DNA of 41,315 bases from Eubacterium sp. (GTDB lineage: Bacteria > Bacillota > Clostridia > Oscillospirales > Acutalibacteraceae): contig JAIDLO010000169.1 in assembly GCA_029050995.1 (NCBI GenBank), positions 1 to 41,315 of the forward strand, in the 5' to 3' direction. Numbering within the stretch: position 1 is the stretch's first letter; each line of letters starts with the position of its first letter. The notes beneath the pieces were generated by a model, which saw nothing but the letters and a program-made list of their open reading frames with translations, was not told the DNA's origin and searched no databases. The position numbers and the translations under genes are program-made. This document shows, one piece after another, positions 25,801 through 30,062 of this stretch.

Positions 25801-28603
25801 TGACGGCTATGATATTGTTCGTGCTAATAATCTTGATAACTACAATGCAGGTTATATTGAGCAGCGTCTTGGTACAATAAGCGGTACCGTATTTGATGAC
25901 GAGAGCTACGACGGTACTTTTGATGCCGAAGAAAAAGGCTTGTCCGGCGTTGAAGTAGCACTTAAGAGATTTACCTATGAGAATGGTAAGTGGGAAGATG
26001 ACAAGGCTTATGTAAATACTGTTAAAACAGATAAAGACGGTAATTACATCTTTGAAAATCTTGAAACTTATATCGAAAAAGATGGTGTTAAATATCTTGT
26101 AGGCTATGAGGTTTGGGTAGCTGAACAGCCTGCTGGATATGAAATAACAAGATACCAGAATGACAGTAAGGTTCTTCTTGATAGTCATATCATTAAGCCT
26201 GAAACAAAGCTTGATGAATTGATTGACGGCAAGATTGTTGTAGCATCTATCGTTGAAGAAGATATAACAGGTATTGACGAAAGCTATATTGTTGATGGCA
26301 GAAATGTAATTCTTGCAGAAAATATCAAGGAATATGATGCAGGCTATAAGGCTCAGGAAAAGGGCTCAATCAGCGGTATTATATTTGATGATATAAACTA
26401 TGATGCAAATCTTGATGAAGAAGATGGCAGATTAGAAGATGTTGAAGTAACACTCAAGAGATTCATTTATGAAAATAATGCGTGGACAGAAGATACCGAA
26501 TTTAAGACATTAACGGATAAAGACGGTGCTTATATCTTCGATAATCTTGATACCTATAAAGCTATGGAAGACGGAAATCATCTCTATGGCTATGAGGTAT
26601 GGGTAACTGATGGTACAGAAGGTTACGCAGTAACAAAGTATATGAATGACAGTTATCTTCTCGTAAACGGCCAGATTATTAAGCCTGATACAAAGCTTCC
26701 TGAAATGCTTGACGGCAAGATTGTTGTTGCTGAACCTGCAGCTGATAAATCAGGTGTAGATCCAAGCTTCATTGTTGAGAACTACAATATCGTTCTTGCA
26801 GATCATATGAAGCATTATGACGGTGGATTAACAATCCAGGAATACAGCTCCATTGAAGGAAATGTATTTGATGATATGAATTATGACGGCATTATTGATG
26901 AAAATGATACAATGCTTCCGGAAGTTCAGATCGGATTAAAACGCTTCATATATGAAGACGGCGAGTGGAAACTTGCTCAGCCTGAAGATGCTGAATATTA
27001 TCAGACAACTGTTACAGACGAAGATGGTCATTACATTTTCGATAATCTTGATATCTATGTAAATGATGGAGAGAATAAGCTTTACGGCTATGAACTTTAT
27101 GTAATCGGCATAGAGGATAGATTTGTAACGAAGTATCAGATGAACAATGGCGAAAATGATAGTGCTCTTCGTGATGTTACTTATCAGATTATTAAGAAAG
27201 ATACAGAGCTTTCTGAAATGCTTGACGGCAAGATGGTTCTTGCACAGTCAGCAAAAGAACAGGAAAATCCAAACACACCATATATCGTTGAAGGATATGA
27301 TGTTGTTAAGGGTGTTCACCTCGTTCAGTACAATGCAGGTCTTGTTCCTGTAAGGGAATATCATATCAGCGGTTATGTATGGAATGATATAAACAGAGAC
27401 GGTATCATTAATGATGATGAAAAGTATATGAGCGGTGTGAATGTAACACTTGAACGCTATTATTTCCTTGATGGTAAGTGGTATGCGCTTCCTGAGGAAG
27501 AAGAGGCTGACAATGAAACTGTTGACGGCGAAGAAAACAGCGAGATTGATGTTCAGAATGAAGATGCAACCGAAACTGAAGAAATTTCAAATGTTGCTGT
27601 AACAGATAAGAACGGCTTCTACTCATTCAATGATCTTCCACTTTCAACAATTGTTGACGGAAGAATCGTAGTTTGCGGCTACAAGGTTAAGATTGAAGAA
27701 CTTCCAAGCAATTATGCAGTCACTGTTCTTCATGCAAATGAAATTACAGTTGATGATACTGCTCAAACTGAAGATGCAGAGGTAACGGAAGAAACAGAGG
27801 TTACTTTGTATGACAGTGATTTGAATGATAAAACAGGCTATCTTGAAGATGGCGATGCACTTATCGTTCTTGCAGATTTGGCTGACGAAACAACGCCTGA
27901 ATCCTATAATATTGATAACTTCAATATTTCTTATGGCGAATCAGTAGAGCATTTAGATGCAGGTCTTATTCCATTCGGCGTAGGAAGCATCGCAGGTATT
28001 CTTTTCGAAGATGCTAATGAAAACGGTGTTTATGAAGAAGGCGAATTGATCTTCGAAGGCGAAACAATTTATCTTGATTACTTCCTTGCTGTTAAGCAGG
28101 AAAATGATGAAGATTCAAAAGATTCTGCTGAGGGCGAATTTGTGAGCTTCAAGAATAAGAAAGTTAAAACCGATGAAAACGGTTACTTCATCTTTGAAAA
28201 CCTTCCGATTCTTGATGAAGACGGCAACCCATATCAGTATAAGCTTGATATGAAGAAGCCATCTGAAAGAGACTTTACAACATCATTCGCATTCGTTGTA
28301 ATGGGCGAGGATAAGCTTAATATTCTCTCACATGCAAGTGGAGACGACGAAAATGCAGGTACAACTCCTGTAATCTCCGTTGCTGTTCCAAGAGCAGATA
28401 AGAATTATTACAATCTGAAATGGCAAATTGACGGTTATAACCATTCAAATGCTTATCTTGGATTAACACAGGTTGATAATTCTGAAAAGGTTAATACCGG
28501 TATTGAAGGAACATATTTCTATGTATTAATACCTGTAGCTTCAGCGATAATGCTCCTTGCTGTACTTTACAGCAAAAAGAAAAAAAGAAAGGAAACAGAC
28601 TAA
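4871..28603 (+). CDS. Giant (~7,910 aa) secreted, probably sortase-anchored surface protein / adhesin with SdrD-B-like repeats
   Basis: Uninterrupted 23.7-kb ORF with RBS AGGAGGAG before ATG 4871. Sec signal peptide MGNSIRKRILGLFLAIVTFVTAFIQPVGFVVNA. C-terminus has KVNTG, a hydrophobic helix and a KKKKRK tail. Repeated I.G.V(W/F).D.NYDG motifs; a class B sortase lies downstream. Confidence 0.9.
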   Translation: MGNSIRKRILGLFLAIVTFVTAFIQPVGFVVNAADGITEAPPLKLSMEYKSGGNEAVNKGESDKDAGLNFGGTGNYSLVGRGKEKGVIANIAIDIDATEGQAEEIYLDLDLPFFYFDEDGTFRTTYKKSEVPAAYLDENGEPIMAIVCEIANPESITSWDVKYEEQLTGNVHLQSRSLSVRSGNQINLLVHFYYKGYVPENTSGTIKLGGGYDNYLDKNKKEYGPWSVHPQNVKAPEALYTLVCSNLQWEASVEAVEPRNALWDKYNYLVYKVKIENTSEDAGSFYYKQTYRFALPNQGDSNAEGLYFEDAMKWIYNADGDPIQNDQFYADKDREHDFVGVPGKGGVMIYDVTNISQSTLDEWDLISFDNAVDDSGNTLEPMSYKFTQDASVIFGYEGNVYGSKDRENITDPDALDTSYKEFYVAIPMKTDIRNHHDPARIPADIYYTIKFGNNYDWTKVDRSNVCNGFAEIENRFTHSKYVLDDNGKKVQNKYVAIGDDADYYLGNFANKGEDIYVNGVLTEQLNNVPAFNAAAVDTHNKDLDLQRISILFNYGVPFAYQAREPQLTDWFKETGTVEFGFYTIDTAKSTPEKTVYVLDPETKKPVITYVPLGTMVPDASLTTSTVKAWSLEIGNLLKDYESGNNSVYASTFKVKFKERIDPNEEFDGVIQVHGVVNKPIEFKNDLETEYETWFWLNKSAVNDEEGYLKTPHKVGPVSASVTATRPIPGLIVDAYKPLSDGTIEYKNSETVPDQEGGVGFRYKPYNTGISRVVPGILKSGTLASKKTISGGTSISEGLLADKIILSKKLVEDISTVEKIDLYTTDNLKTPITVTPDKFKTDDDGNYYIDRTEWNGKELANFEITFKKFDKKVEADNDIFVLVEGSPNVPGSTIKVNSVFTTDYEDKDLNVKADASASLVDAPTVPRVDAQAIYSANGTTSRQDTLEVPLDVPGVGFTYLLSNDSISKIKPGVFSSGTLASDRSGNAEGLIADRIILSKKLVEDISNIESVDIYTTNNLTTPITVTPDKFKTDDDGNYYIDSDEWKSKGTLANFKVNFNSFNSAVKKADDIFVSVVGTANIVKVHRITSNFSTNYADTSFNKSYDDPATLNIKAASPKIISDVFKTESDSTKTYGDPLNVPVNINGIGFRYRIYNNSISRITPGLFDSGTYVYGSGTDLAHFYTNKIVLSKKLVDTAKINSIYVYTVSDPTNPIIITPDKFKSDSAGNYYIEKEKSTWSDKGELLHFEVKFDSFPNNINAADDEIFILAEGYSDTVRNRYINYNNYQSIHIVGTFRTDYSNQTNSSATDPADMRVDSISPYIIGQTFCPSRGLTSDKNIADVNNRTATTHHNIKVANQQDDSYYSFKIVNASVSPAGEGDISIDFTRNNVGDKTPNVSDVNVKGYLSKNITISKFDGLCDITSIKLYNWDTDPNSNPADVTIPISSIDTSSDSFTIDLSKYNSITYLGRVVIEFDEFYGNPSPKDDDYMTIKVDGLADWYEHLDADLTFNPHNVTMYDRVMKVTDCIYIDRPYATLHADVKYNKDLSGSAVSAASNTDGNQMTLGVPYDRDFHYEIKVGNSFISKLDDLDLTITLPVNNNQGAEANTGFHTTGFEFSKHLIDDYDDLKTFTFYDVDHPNDGIKFVFDKANGTFTDEAGKVYKVVNDKGDISIDEKTIFVDWNIKNLSKIVINGTGFAAEAPETENIINIYGFVDSVFGTHNVMGVLGENWLAGLRQNPANRVESRDTADAYTSKMYFDTVINAGYKDIGTANPPRFDKSTNSVEHIRKNYYTTSTGAIWEDNSELDVGYKSIGSFMVDFRQYLNVGSNKPENTKTNSSHQEHETWSYVHTASLNTAANVDVKVNLEADKFDAYYLKVHKNSKDYIDKLTIERQDDTIMSFTKADWEDNSVELDEDGDQYYVIDLLQLIGEDSSIYYDIYKSPKDYVPNNPVKNVIVSLNINRMQADAAGKSLDPDYGTWYKKDNDATKYQFEITGRFYKEGKVTATAESTINVGNQISDREYAKAKDRTQDTKNVPEGQRSPWSYTNYYLHHWPVTRGWSYNEWEPSDASHMFSRANVFVYQEANYIAKGVHKSTSTKQDLNCTFSSYNEFAVSFYQGIRQHNNNSNHHDYLAGSGTSWCYQDAFDWLGMHAYTDKVVLEDTLPYVRTDDEAGYYGFLTQRIYISPKVYKYIDYIELFKQTNGSDSGTVVLHKDDFAGTATVTASPSGLSGNDEGVTHNDFYLISLIYPDSTDTDPKDNGYHLVLGENEFVTKYKIHLKDLPGDVDYASELAGRTDLLDADNHNDAATPDVYVGGGVYRIKNDNIVDRDYNSMNATSYTDATPIAYFTSGPDKALLNAYRVPFQGGYLIHETSKSDHIIYDYETANGAKQNIEPNVAAFEIKVWNRPDNGQEAGRSANIDSATVTASMHTYYRLSHIYIPAEFITGKWFNVESLVLNYGAGSSITYDLNKLIASKYFALDPSDSSRYVFDLYLFVKDNLGAFNVASANNYVKGDKYYQAYISSFKIKLTACDKKNNPLDGGEFLNPNRESLVGTNAKTPAQAQPTITYDGVYVDRTDADIKSNSWTKKSKPTVINPANTYVNDTAYYNTLSLQFTSPDRDAEPYNTNKLSGTVDRDYYYVRNIVSTMLVDLKRTTELKDGSKTFAYDVDNNSYAKGLLDDKGNKVIAVDSGHLLPDDYIEYQLSIGTASDAMIPLYRPGARMIVPQGQRIVGWYVLSNDTKNFTNDDITATVKDAAANKVAVEKGKYYSLRSASGADTETLYRQIDFAFGSASGTVEENQMLQGEKAVLVVVTQLTDELSPFEGKTLNPTVYAYSHPEHTYSQYRIDHMLQDASGALKSDSSSSNVSSEYTYYGSGTGESYYRYSTKLDANPVFGEYQNENTYLTDIRSSQTFYRNPYNLSLSARYDTSRYYDEMPMTFNMGSTASQGYMINDTYHSLESAVFTVSFLSAANGRLYKGFDLTQKAEFPYPENVDQHKGETASAEYCYFVDSSDNVIGTDIGIYETTAPQTEKWISEEFVVESFDGLTDEQIASGKYYLLKDAVKVRWTYYDIPAGSAADPIVFIPKDNPYVLKGHGRYRDIRTDAQKKNTAVNDIFTITFSGDFSYTHKHSEVVENTVANVTGDKTFSEKMSFKGSGSYTINIVRERPILTLHTQIFDDEAKAEAPYNANVAQLKGYRPGDKIWYKSTVKNIERTFNYSGTNYKVMGALLDPVIYDKLPEYITTGLSKDNIKIVWYDAEGNAKPASEIPDYEIIQRKIESPDFGGDMVTSKSDTDGIGSSPFASGHMFADINLNESKGNTDSTDINYNVYAIQFEKGSRLEIGERIEVYYEAQIRYEDLPLAYTTRACDGGSKTFVDYYPKMSEYYQASAYYSTPFKSYPYIGDMNYSGGYGSLTQFKNANVMMDMNYLYHDVGVSGTRNKNIDRYDYLKDSFVYMPGTSSNDDNYGGKNGILKDYDVNIDSIQQSTIYSPRYSDDLYGHLNDMLPTTKFYVDGSGYGRDWYNLMMSYREKSADWQNVDVHEDAVIWAESRIHLQTAWLATSSQIISNDKDYQASTEYLPTVFHNTKMDTQHEPCDTYSWHNIYSSILNDDSITALEYDQYFTSRLGAYNYGDWDLTSGIEFYYVMPQGIEPTLKADNKTPDFSNVKAYIMNGGTSNAPQYEEINEDLVDISVVQTPYDSTINYLTPQIMQDPILSDSTMNRTGDSYVGKDSYYSADEHKSWVFKVTVKKTLGKWFNRGSNTGYMMLVDIPSHVYATPKDEYWYDEVMAKPLDTSDQDSLYYQIFDTTTLWGNNYLPKMPAASRASSQYGGMDYLWNSYYYYSGSGNAGCNGNFYFVNGSPNMPYINGMNVSNREVTAQGEIFDSGKDNFSSGVRNTFASTGTRAHMRKPFIRTWTTVGKDNIDGYNAKDYYVDAQGDTSTLNIHVENKYWLNTLAVDYVSYYGSRTPYRVYHKYATDGGNKGTLYYPVVTDILPAGIVPKDTNGDLFTKDNDYNATKELAWTLYGADYSGNTRSAIEALDDEKALYSAKVEYIELDCEDESTEGRYMVTFWQKDTDIRLADKAKISSESSRVFSFDFFTQNGPDDLTEDFESNTDLLDQYQSNKTFVSSELENFKFIIDSETYSGEGHNPYYVGQRRVTNYNGTSVSDPRYDISGTQQINNGNTLPLIYVSNSNKSLVHFTNEAIDATVDKGDLRYFADNGKLMIKKNYSNATEELNFEDYYDIRQDVRINSADIDKLDAHNPTGDIGVYTSNRIRCTRPNIENQTFVSYDPALDLDDLGKRSPNGLKGDYEYYPDETTHVNYMDNLYYNIKIDNPKDKTDYYNRGNIAHGIIRVTAVLPSILSFTGSYYKDDSILNESLYLIYKDSDGNVTEMRSLSDLYDNGYTLNIISDSRNADGNEVLVFEIITAGDYNDPDAEPTYSDFVHGKHLPGYFGADETLVLGIKTLVTNNIFPPSSVMTGDRYWDNELKADSYVTFDDITGSYLTSYDDEAFEENLDYLDDARIIYTRPTEDNIYDDIDWDCDTDFNDSYAQDVSAVITLLKPHAVVRLDTSVQRIEVINPDLLGNMKRAVDDPTVKGSSRTAVYLDQVVNDGSSVRSFFVDYRVPFRGTVEGTREEAPVTADWIPNRLYAVGTGKWEIPESAGSEEYREALKEKLRVKVYAMFVEDPKLTDDGYEDADVSYEGINNLWEGDWINLTELHNKKTLGINSDSVPIYENSIIDITSVFDELPGTVYQLRYVIESDDPEYIVPHGFRLAVDADDDSDNGSQEMDEIDPNRENVNPLPESVTSDIVYNTDGTVNYGETRVGNAAFVVTTMTNMHPRKRHVNFFASAMAHYDETASHKAVISERDRAGYYITRELPVLETDLSAQYFKNSPNLDPETGEELNWSFKWDNDILISSSSHMLKFSSSLRNLSQAAIDETNIKNTKQDTATNVQMSVVLPFIQDIDSTIESQDENSIEYKNYKYVEYGSDAWKNSIDKDYESPKAFPGNFTPVWTWHVENEDGEVINSQIDSVALVMEDKITDITNTRERRVLTFSSEGVLNPGEKILIDLMLPISTNYSGIVSEDLMNCKNFGFKSGAFVPYIPQVEASSKTYAYEVDTRDVNSNAIRNSENTVTTSISVISFVSEAAFNRSKVSFSEYGSGNNVMGNDFKRPSLVPEGTRYSFLSSIINPDTDPQSSGYKQPVIYDVLPFVGDTTLTPQVGGVVKDRGSDWRGYLQLESLEVISQIGVNKTKLVNNKDVDIWIGPFKTDNKAVGKIKELDISELPSTEQTSDTEFYKVLRSSTAEKQKYFVKLTDLLSLKASNKDRFEELQKHAQAIYVEPKASYHLTPNTMLSVSYELKAPLNLPLFNGYSPEDTSETLVADVADVDGWNTFTAQTEDRPVTESPEAGVYIAAPADKGYIGHYVWLDESYNAEFFDEADYYQRNGEGRWILDKATKDLNYDGKIDDPGINDVKVELLSASGYPVNKLGEPVVEVDGRYCIIDEKTGLLKRDTANNLVYTTLGPVSYTTEKDAYGNDGYFIISNITPGNYKLRYTFPEGEYDKYAITTRRIGQSKVPMTVYRPGRDSLPNLGNAGKGDEPSDGAAVKSLVIQTDSAIRIDAIGTDPSKYAAYDEKMTSYDLGVAPSFAYGGYAWREISSQINGLKDSADAATGFRKENGIKDILIAIYEVVENPDAVDELDKYDYRYAYDADGKQITGRFSLPGDTQATSERKKTYLRTDADGYFKTTLYPYKSYIAVAYHEDSLAPSPVTLSSYPLKFELDNDMSYNSLMDRDTTSVFAADPTNDEYDMGKCVNGQYGTYNRLGFAFISTGIGSIGKYVFIDENYDGIRSEYIDDAGYIVSEHGLENVRLVLERWYYNPAATKNKWVKVGDVADTVSVGNAYTFVIDNDDFYYTVDDPGSTNYGKTYVCGYKVKVDMDSVDEVSKNTGTQYVATKYLMNDGVSDSNLPLTGDHYRYLNDVPVIANEIVDDSDIDPNNPEQVTIDGVTYDMSRGRSVTDLDAGFATVDTAHIKGIVWNDKNYDGIRNTIADEDGNIVPQENGVGNVELQLIPYVYHKDSKGAFKWYPLTAEDLADPSLYDEYNTVTTKSDSDGVYDFSGVRPTAVLNDALKNELCIVGYKIKVNSNITDMGYGITKYLTNGKVDDSELRVDKNGVMVLNSDNDYIITARKTAEEDLDYEYGSEDIHKDTNHKNLLIQNPLGYFDVNKVTDYEGNDAGLVQFQKNSVSGRVWVDTNYDGIMNDTELGMENIKLTIKRYYLESGGADPEEGIGNWVEDTTFKSPTVKSDKDGNYIFKDLPAQICKNENYYLAGYKVFVVDHPDMSTYAITLYRTYDENQRGSDLKGKELIEDKEYVVLANPCGTYNPASVDTTAGSEAGAYKNLSYVVKYQGTYYDVVAPNPKTELDAGYTDYKYSVIKGNVFEDVDYDGLYGDDDAFTDALKEAIYNSYDEKVIITATAFYYDPDADVETEEEKWNVYSLINGFNFMPETFTTEVTVDSDGSFELEVPTKFNIGGVNYLAGYKLNVNIIPDEFHVTKYLVNNGIDDNVLNKNDEGDYWLTKTYPGAEYTGTFMEEKDGYVIAAAPSDNSVSSNIVAGYDIAGTRTLEDYNIGYTARQVASIAGYVYKDGNYNGKYDFRNPDTPLTGIRIGLKRYVLNEETNTWEDANNDQEYYKTIRTDRNGYYEFLELPTHREAGEFGDIPLLYGYTVWLIEMPKDANGKPLAATYYQYNHERYDSALIADTMQIVKDDQGYNGPGEYYSDTDRITIIADPVDEDDSLQYIVSGYNIVQGMSRRAYSVGLVDYQKASIIGNVFDDTNYSGLIDEENPKFDDFEIGLKRYKLVDGEWQSAQPDDEEYFDVVSTDANGDYVFDNLDIYTEENDTNVLYGYELYVVHAPKGFEITKYQVNDGDNDSAVTLDNQIIKQDTSLDEMYDGMLVLADKNEKGVDHTYLIDGYDIVRANNLDNYNAGYIEQRLGTISGTVFDDESYDGTFDAEEKGLSGVEVALKRFTYENGKWEDDKAYVNTVKTDKDGNYIFENLETYIEKDGVKYLVGYEVWVAEQPAGYEITRYQNDSKVLLDSHIIKPETKLDELIDGKIVVASIVEEDITGIDESYIVDGRNVILAENIKEYDAGYKAQEKGSISGIIFDDINYDANLDEEDGRLEDVEVTLKRFIYENNAWTEDTEFKTLTDKDGAYIFDNLDTYKAMEDGNHLYGYEVWVTDGTEGYAVTKYMNDSYLLVNGQIIKPDTKLPEMLDGKIVVAEPAADKSGVDPSFIVENYNIVLADHMKHYDGGLTIQEYSSIEGNVFDDMNYDGIIDENDTMLPEVQIGLKRFIYEDGEWKLAQPEDAEYYQTTVTDEDGHYIFDNLDIYVNDGENKLYGYELYVIGIEDRFVTKYQMNNGENDSALRDVTYQIIKKDTELSEMLDGKMVLAQSAKEQENPNTPYIVEGYDVVKGVHLVQYNAGLVPVREYHISGYVWNDINRDGIINDDEKYMSGVNVTLERYYFLDGKWYALPEEEEADNETVDGEENSEIDVQNEDATETEEISNVAVTDKNGFYSFNDLPLSTIVDGRIVVCGYKVKIEELPSNYAVTVLHANEITVDDTAQTEDAEVTEETEVTLYDSDLNDKTGYLEDGDALIVLADLADETTPESYNIDNFNISYGESVEHLDAGLIPFGVGSIAGILFEDANENGVYEEGELIFEGETIYLDYFLAVKQENDEDSKDSAEGEFVSFKNKKVKTDENGYFIFENLPILDEDGNPYQYKLDMKKPSERDFTTSFAFVVMGEDKLNILSHASGDDENAGTTPVISVAVPRADKNYYNLKWQIDGYNHSNAYLGLTQVDNSEKVNTGIEGTYFYVLIPVASAIMLLAVLYSKKKKRKETD
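7043..10110 (+). repeat. N-terminal tandem ~190-215 aa repeats (3 clear, 2 diverged)
   Basis: Units start near 7043, 7634 and 8207 with G(V/I)GF.Y...N..IS...PG...SGT...I(I/V)LSKKLV...PI..TPDKFK.D..GNYYI. Weaker copies start near 8816 and 9455. Confidence 0.75.
21140..28465 (+). repeat. 13 tandem SdrD-B/Cna-B-like repeats
   Basis: Unit starts near 21140, 21827, 22388, 22976, 23618, 24188, 24800, 25364, 25874, 26366, 26849, 27362 and 27986. Consensus (S/H)I.G.V(W/F).D.(N/D)YDG..D......V.L......TD.DG.Y.F.NL...GY.V...D(A/L)G. Confidence 0.85.
28487..28603 (+). other. Cell-wall sorting signal (KVNTG, TM helix, basic tail)
   Basis: EKVNTGIEGTYFYVLIPVASAIMLLAVLYSKKKKRKETD. Confidence 0.75.
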
Positions 28604-28626
28604 GGAGGATTTCCTCCTTAGCCTGT
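28595..28626 (+). promoter_or_regulatory. Intergenic stem-loop over the giant gene's stop codon, with no U tail
   Basis: ACAGACTAAGGAGG-ATTT-CCTCCTTAGCCTGT. Confidence 0.6.
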
Positions 28627-28636
28627 ACCATAGGTT

Positions 28637-30031
28637 ATGATTAGCGGTAAAAAAAGAAAAATCAGAATAATTGCTGCCGTTTCAGCAGTAATCCTATTGA
28701 TAGCGGCAGGCGTAATCGCTTTTGTGTTTGCAGATCTGTCAAATGAACATCTTATTTATCGCGGCAATGCCTTTAAGGTACTTTCTTTGGATAGTGATAG
28801 AAGGAAGGCATTCCGTATCGGCGTGTCTTCCTCCATTCCCGATATTCATCCTTATAATCATGGGGATGAAACAGCCGAAGTGTTAAAAAAGCTTGTTTAT
28901 GAACCGCTTTTGGATATCAACAATGATTGTGATGCAAAGTATTGCCTTGCAAAAGAAATTGTTTTTGAAAAAAACGGGGAACAGGCAACTGTTCGGTTGA
29001 ATGAGGATAAAACCTTTAGTGACGGAACAAAGCTTACCGCTGATCTTGTTTATAATTCCTATCAATGGTTTATAAAGCAGGAAACAGCGTATAATGATTT
29101 GTTAAGCGTTATTAAGGAAATAAAGGTTGTTGATGAAAACACGCTTTCCTTTGCTTTTTATTATGCAAATATTGATAATATCAAGGTTTTCAATATACCT
29201 GTTATCTATATGTTTGATGATAAAAGCTTCTATGGCTCAACAGCTCTTGGAACAGGCCGTTACGCTGTTGATACACTTACGGTGTACAGCGAAATCGTTT
29301 TGAAAAGAAATGATGAATACGGCAGGAAAGCGAAGTATAAAAAGGTTGTAATTCAGGCTTTTGATTACGGCAATCTTGATTCTCTGCTTGATGCAAAGGA
29401 TTTTGATGTTTTCGTTATTACAAATAAAATTGCCGATAAGGTTAAGGAAAACGGCGCCTACAACATTTATGAAATGGGGAAGGAAACAGGCTGGTATCTT
29501 GAATATAATACTGAAAACCAGGATGCCCGCAAAGCCGTAGCCAACCTTGCAGAGGGTAAAAAATTTTTTGAAGCAACGCAGGATTTCGGTGTTTATTCAA
29601 AGGGTATCGTTTCGGCATATATTAAAAAGCCAAACTATTATTCTTTGCTTGAAAAAGGCAATTTAAAGGATACAAAGTCAATCAGCTTTCTTCATAATTA
29701 TGAAGCAGAGGCAAATGGAATTTACAGGAATTTAGCTGCCGCTTTAAAGGAAGAAGGCGTTGAAACAAGCGAAAATCCGATGGATATTTATGAATATCAT
29801 CCGGATGAGTTTGAAGAGGATGTTCTCATCTACTACGGCAAATTAACAGAAGTCGTTGATGATGAAGATAATAAAAGCTTTTTCAAAAATAATTCAGACT
29901 TAGATGCTGAAGAGTATTATGAGGCATTAGAAAAGCATCTTGCTTCTCAAAATAAAATTACGCCGCTTAGTAAGGATACAACATGGTATGCTTCTCTTGC
30001 AGGCCGTAATAATTTAGACTTGTTTGATTAA
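28637..30031 (+). CDS. ABC transporter solute-binding protein family 5 (OppA/DppA-like), divergent, N-terminally anchored, orphan
   Basis: Basic N-terminus plus hydrophobic helix with no lipobox Cys. SBP_bac_5-like motifs FRIGV, LVYEPLLD, LAKEI, FSDGTKLTADLVYNS, LGTGRY. The C-terminal half is not recognisable by eye. Confidence 0.7.
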   Translation: MISGKKRKIRIIAAVSAVILLIAAGVIAFVFADLSNEHLIYRGNAFKVLSLDSDRRKAFRIGVSSSIPDIHPYNHGDETAEVLKKLVYEPLLDINNDCDAKYCLAKEIVFEKNGEQATVRLNEDKTFSDGTKLTADLVYNSYQWFIKQETAYNDLLSVIKEIKVVDENTLSFAFYYANIDNIKVFNIPVIYMFDDKSFYGSTALGTGRYAVDTLTVYSEIVLKRNDEYGRKAKYKKVVIQAFDYGNLDSLLDAKDFDVFVITNKIADKVKENGAYNIYEMGKETGWYLEYNTENQDARKAVANLAEGKKFFEATQDFGVYSKGIVSAYIKKPNYYSLLEKGNLKDTKSISFLHNYEAEANGIYRNLAAALKEEGVETSENPMDIYEYHPDEFEEDVLIYYGKLTEVVDDEDNKSFFKNNSDLDAEEYYEALEKHLASQNKITPLSKDTTWYASLAGRNNLDLFD

Positions 30032-30062
30032 TTTTGTTTAAAGTGATTTTAAGAGGTCAGTT

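Noticed and set aside
25526-26188. 220-aa antisense ORF within the giant gene
   Set aside because: Shadow of the biased Asp/Glu/Tyr/Asn codons on the + strand; Ile/Phe-rich with no recognisable motif.
5102-27626. Many short alternative-frame ORFs inside the giant gene
   Set aside because: Expected by-products of a long ORF with strong codon bias; none has recognisable features.
4871-28603. Toxin, protease, thioester or cohesin/dockerin domains in the giant protein
   Set aside because: By eye I found no HExxH, RHS/YD, RTX, thioester (YC...TQxxxW) or paired dockerin motifs; an HMM scan is still needed to exclude them.
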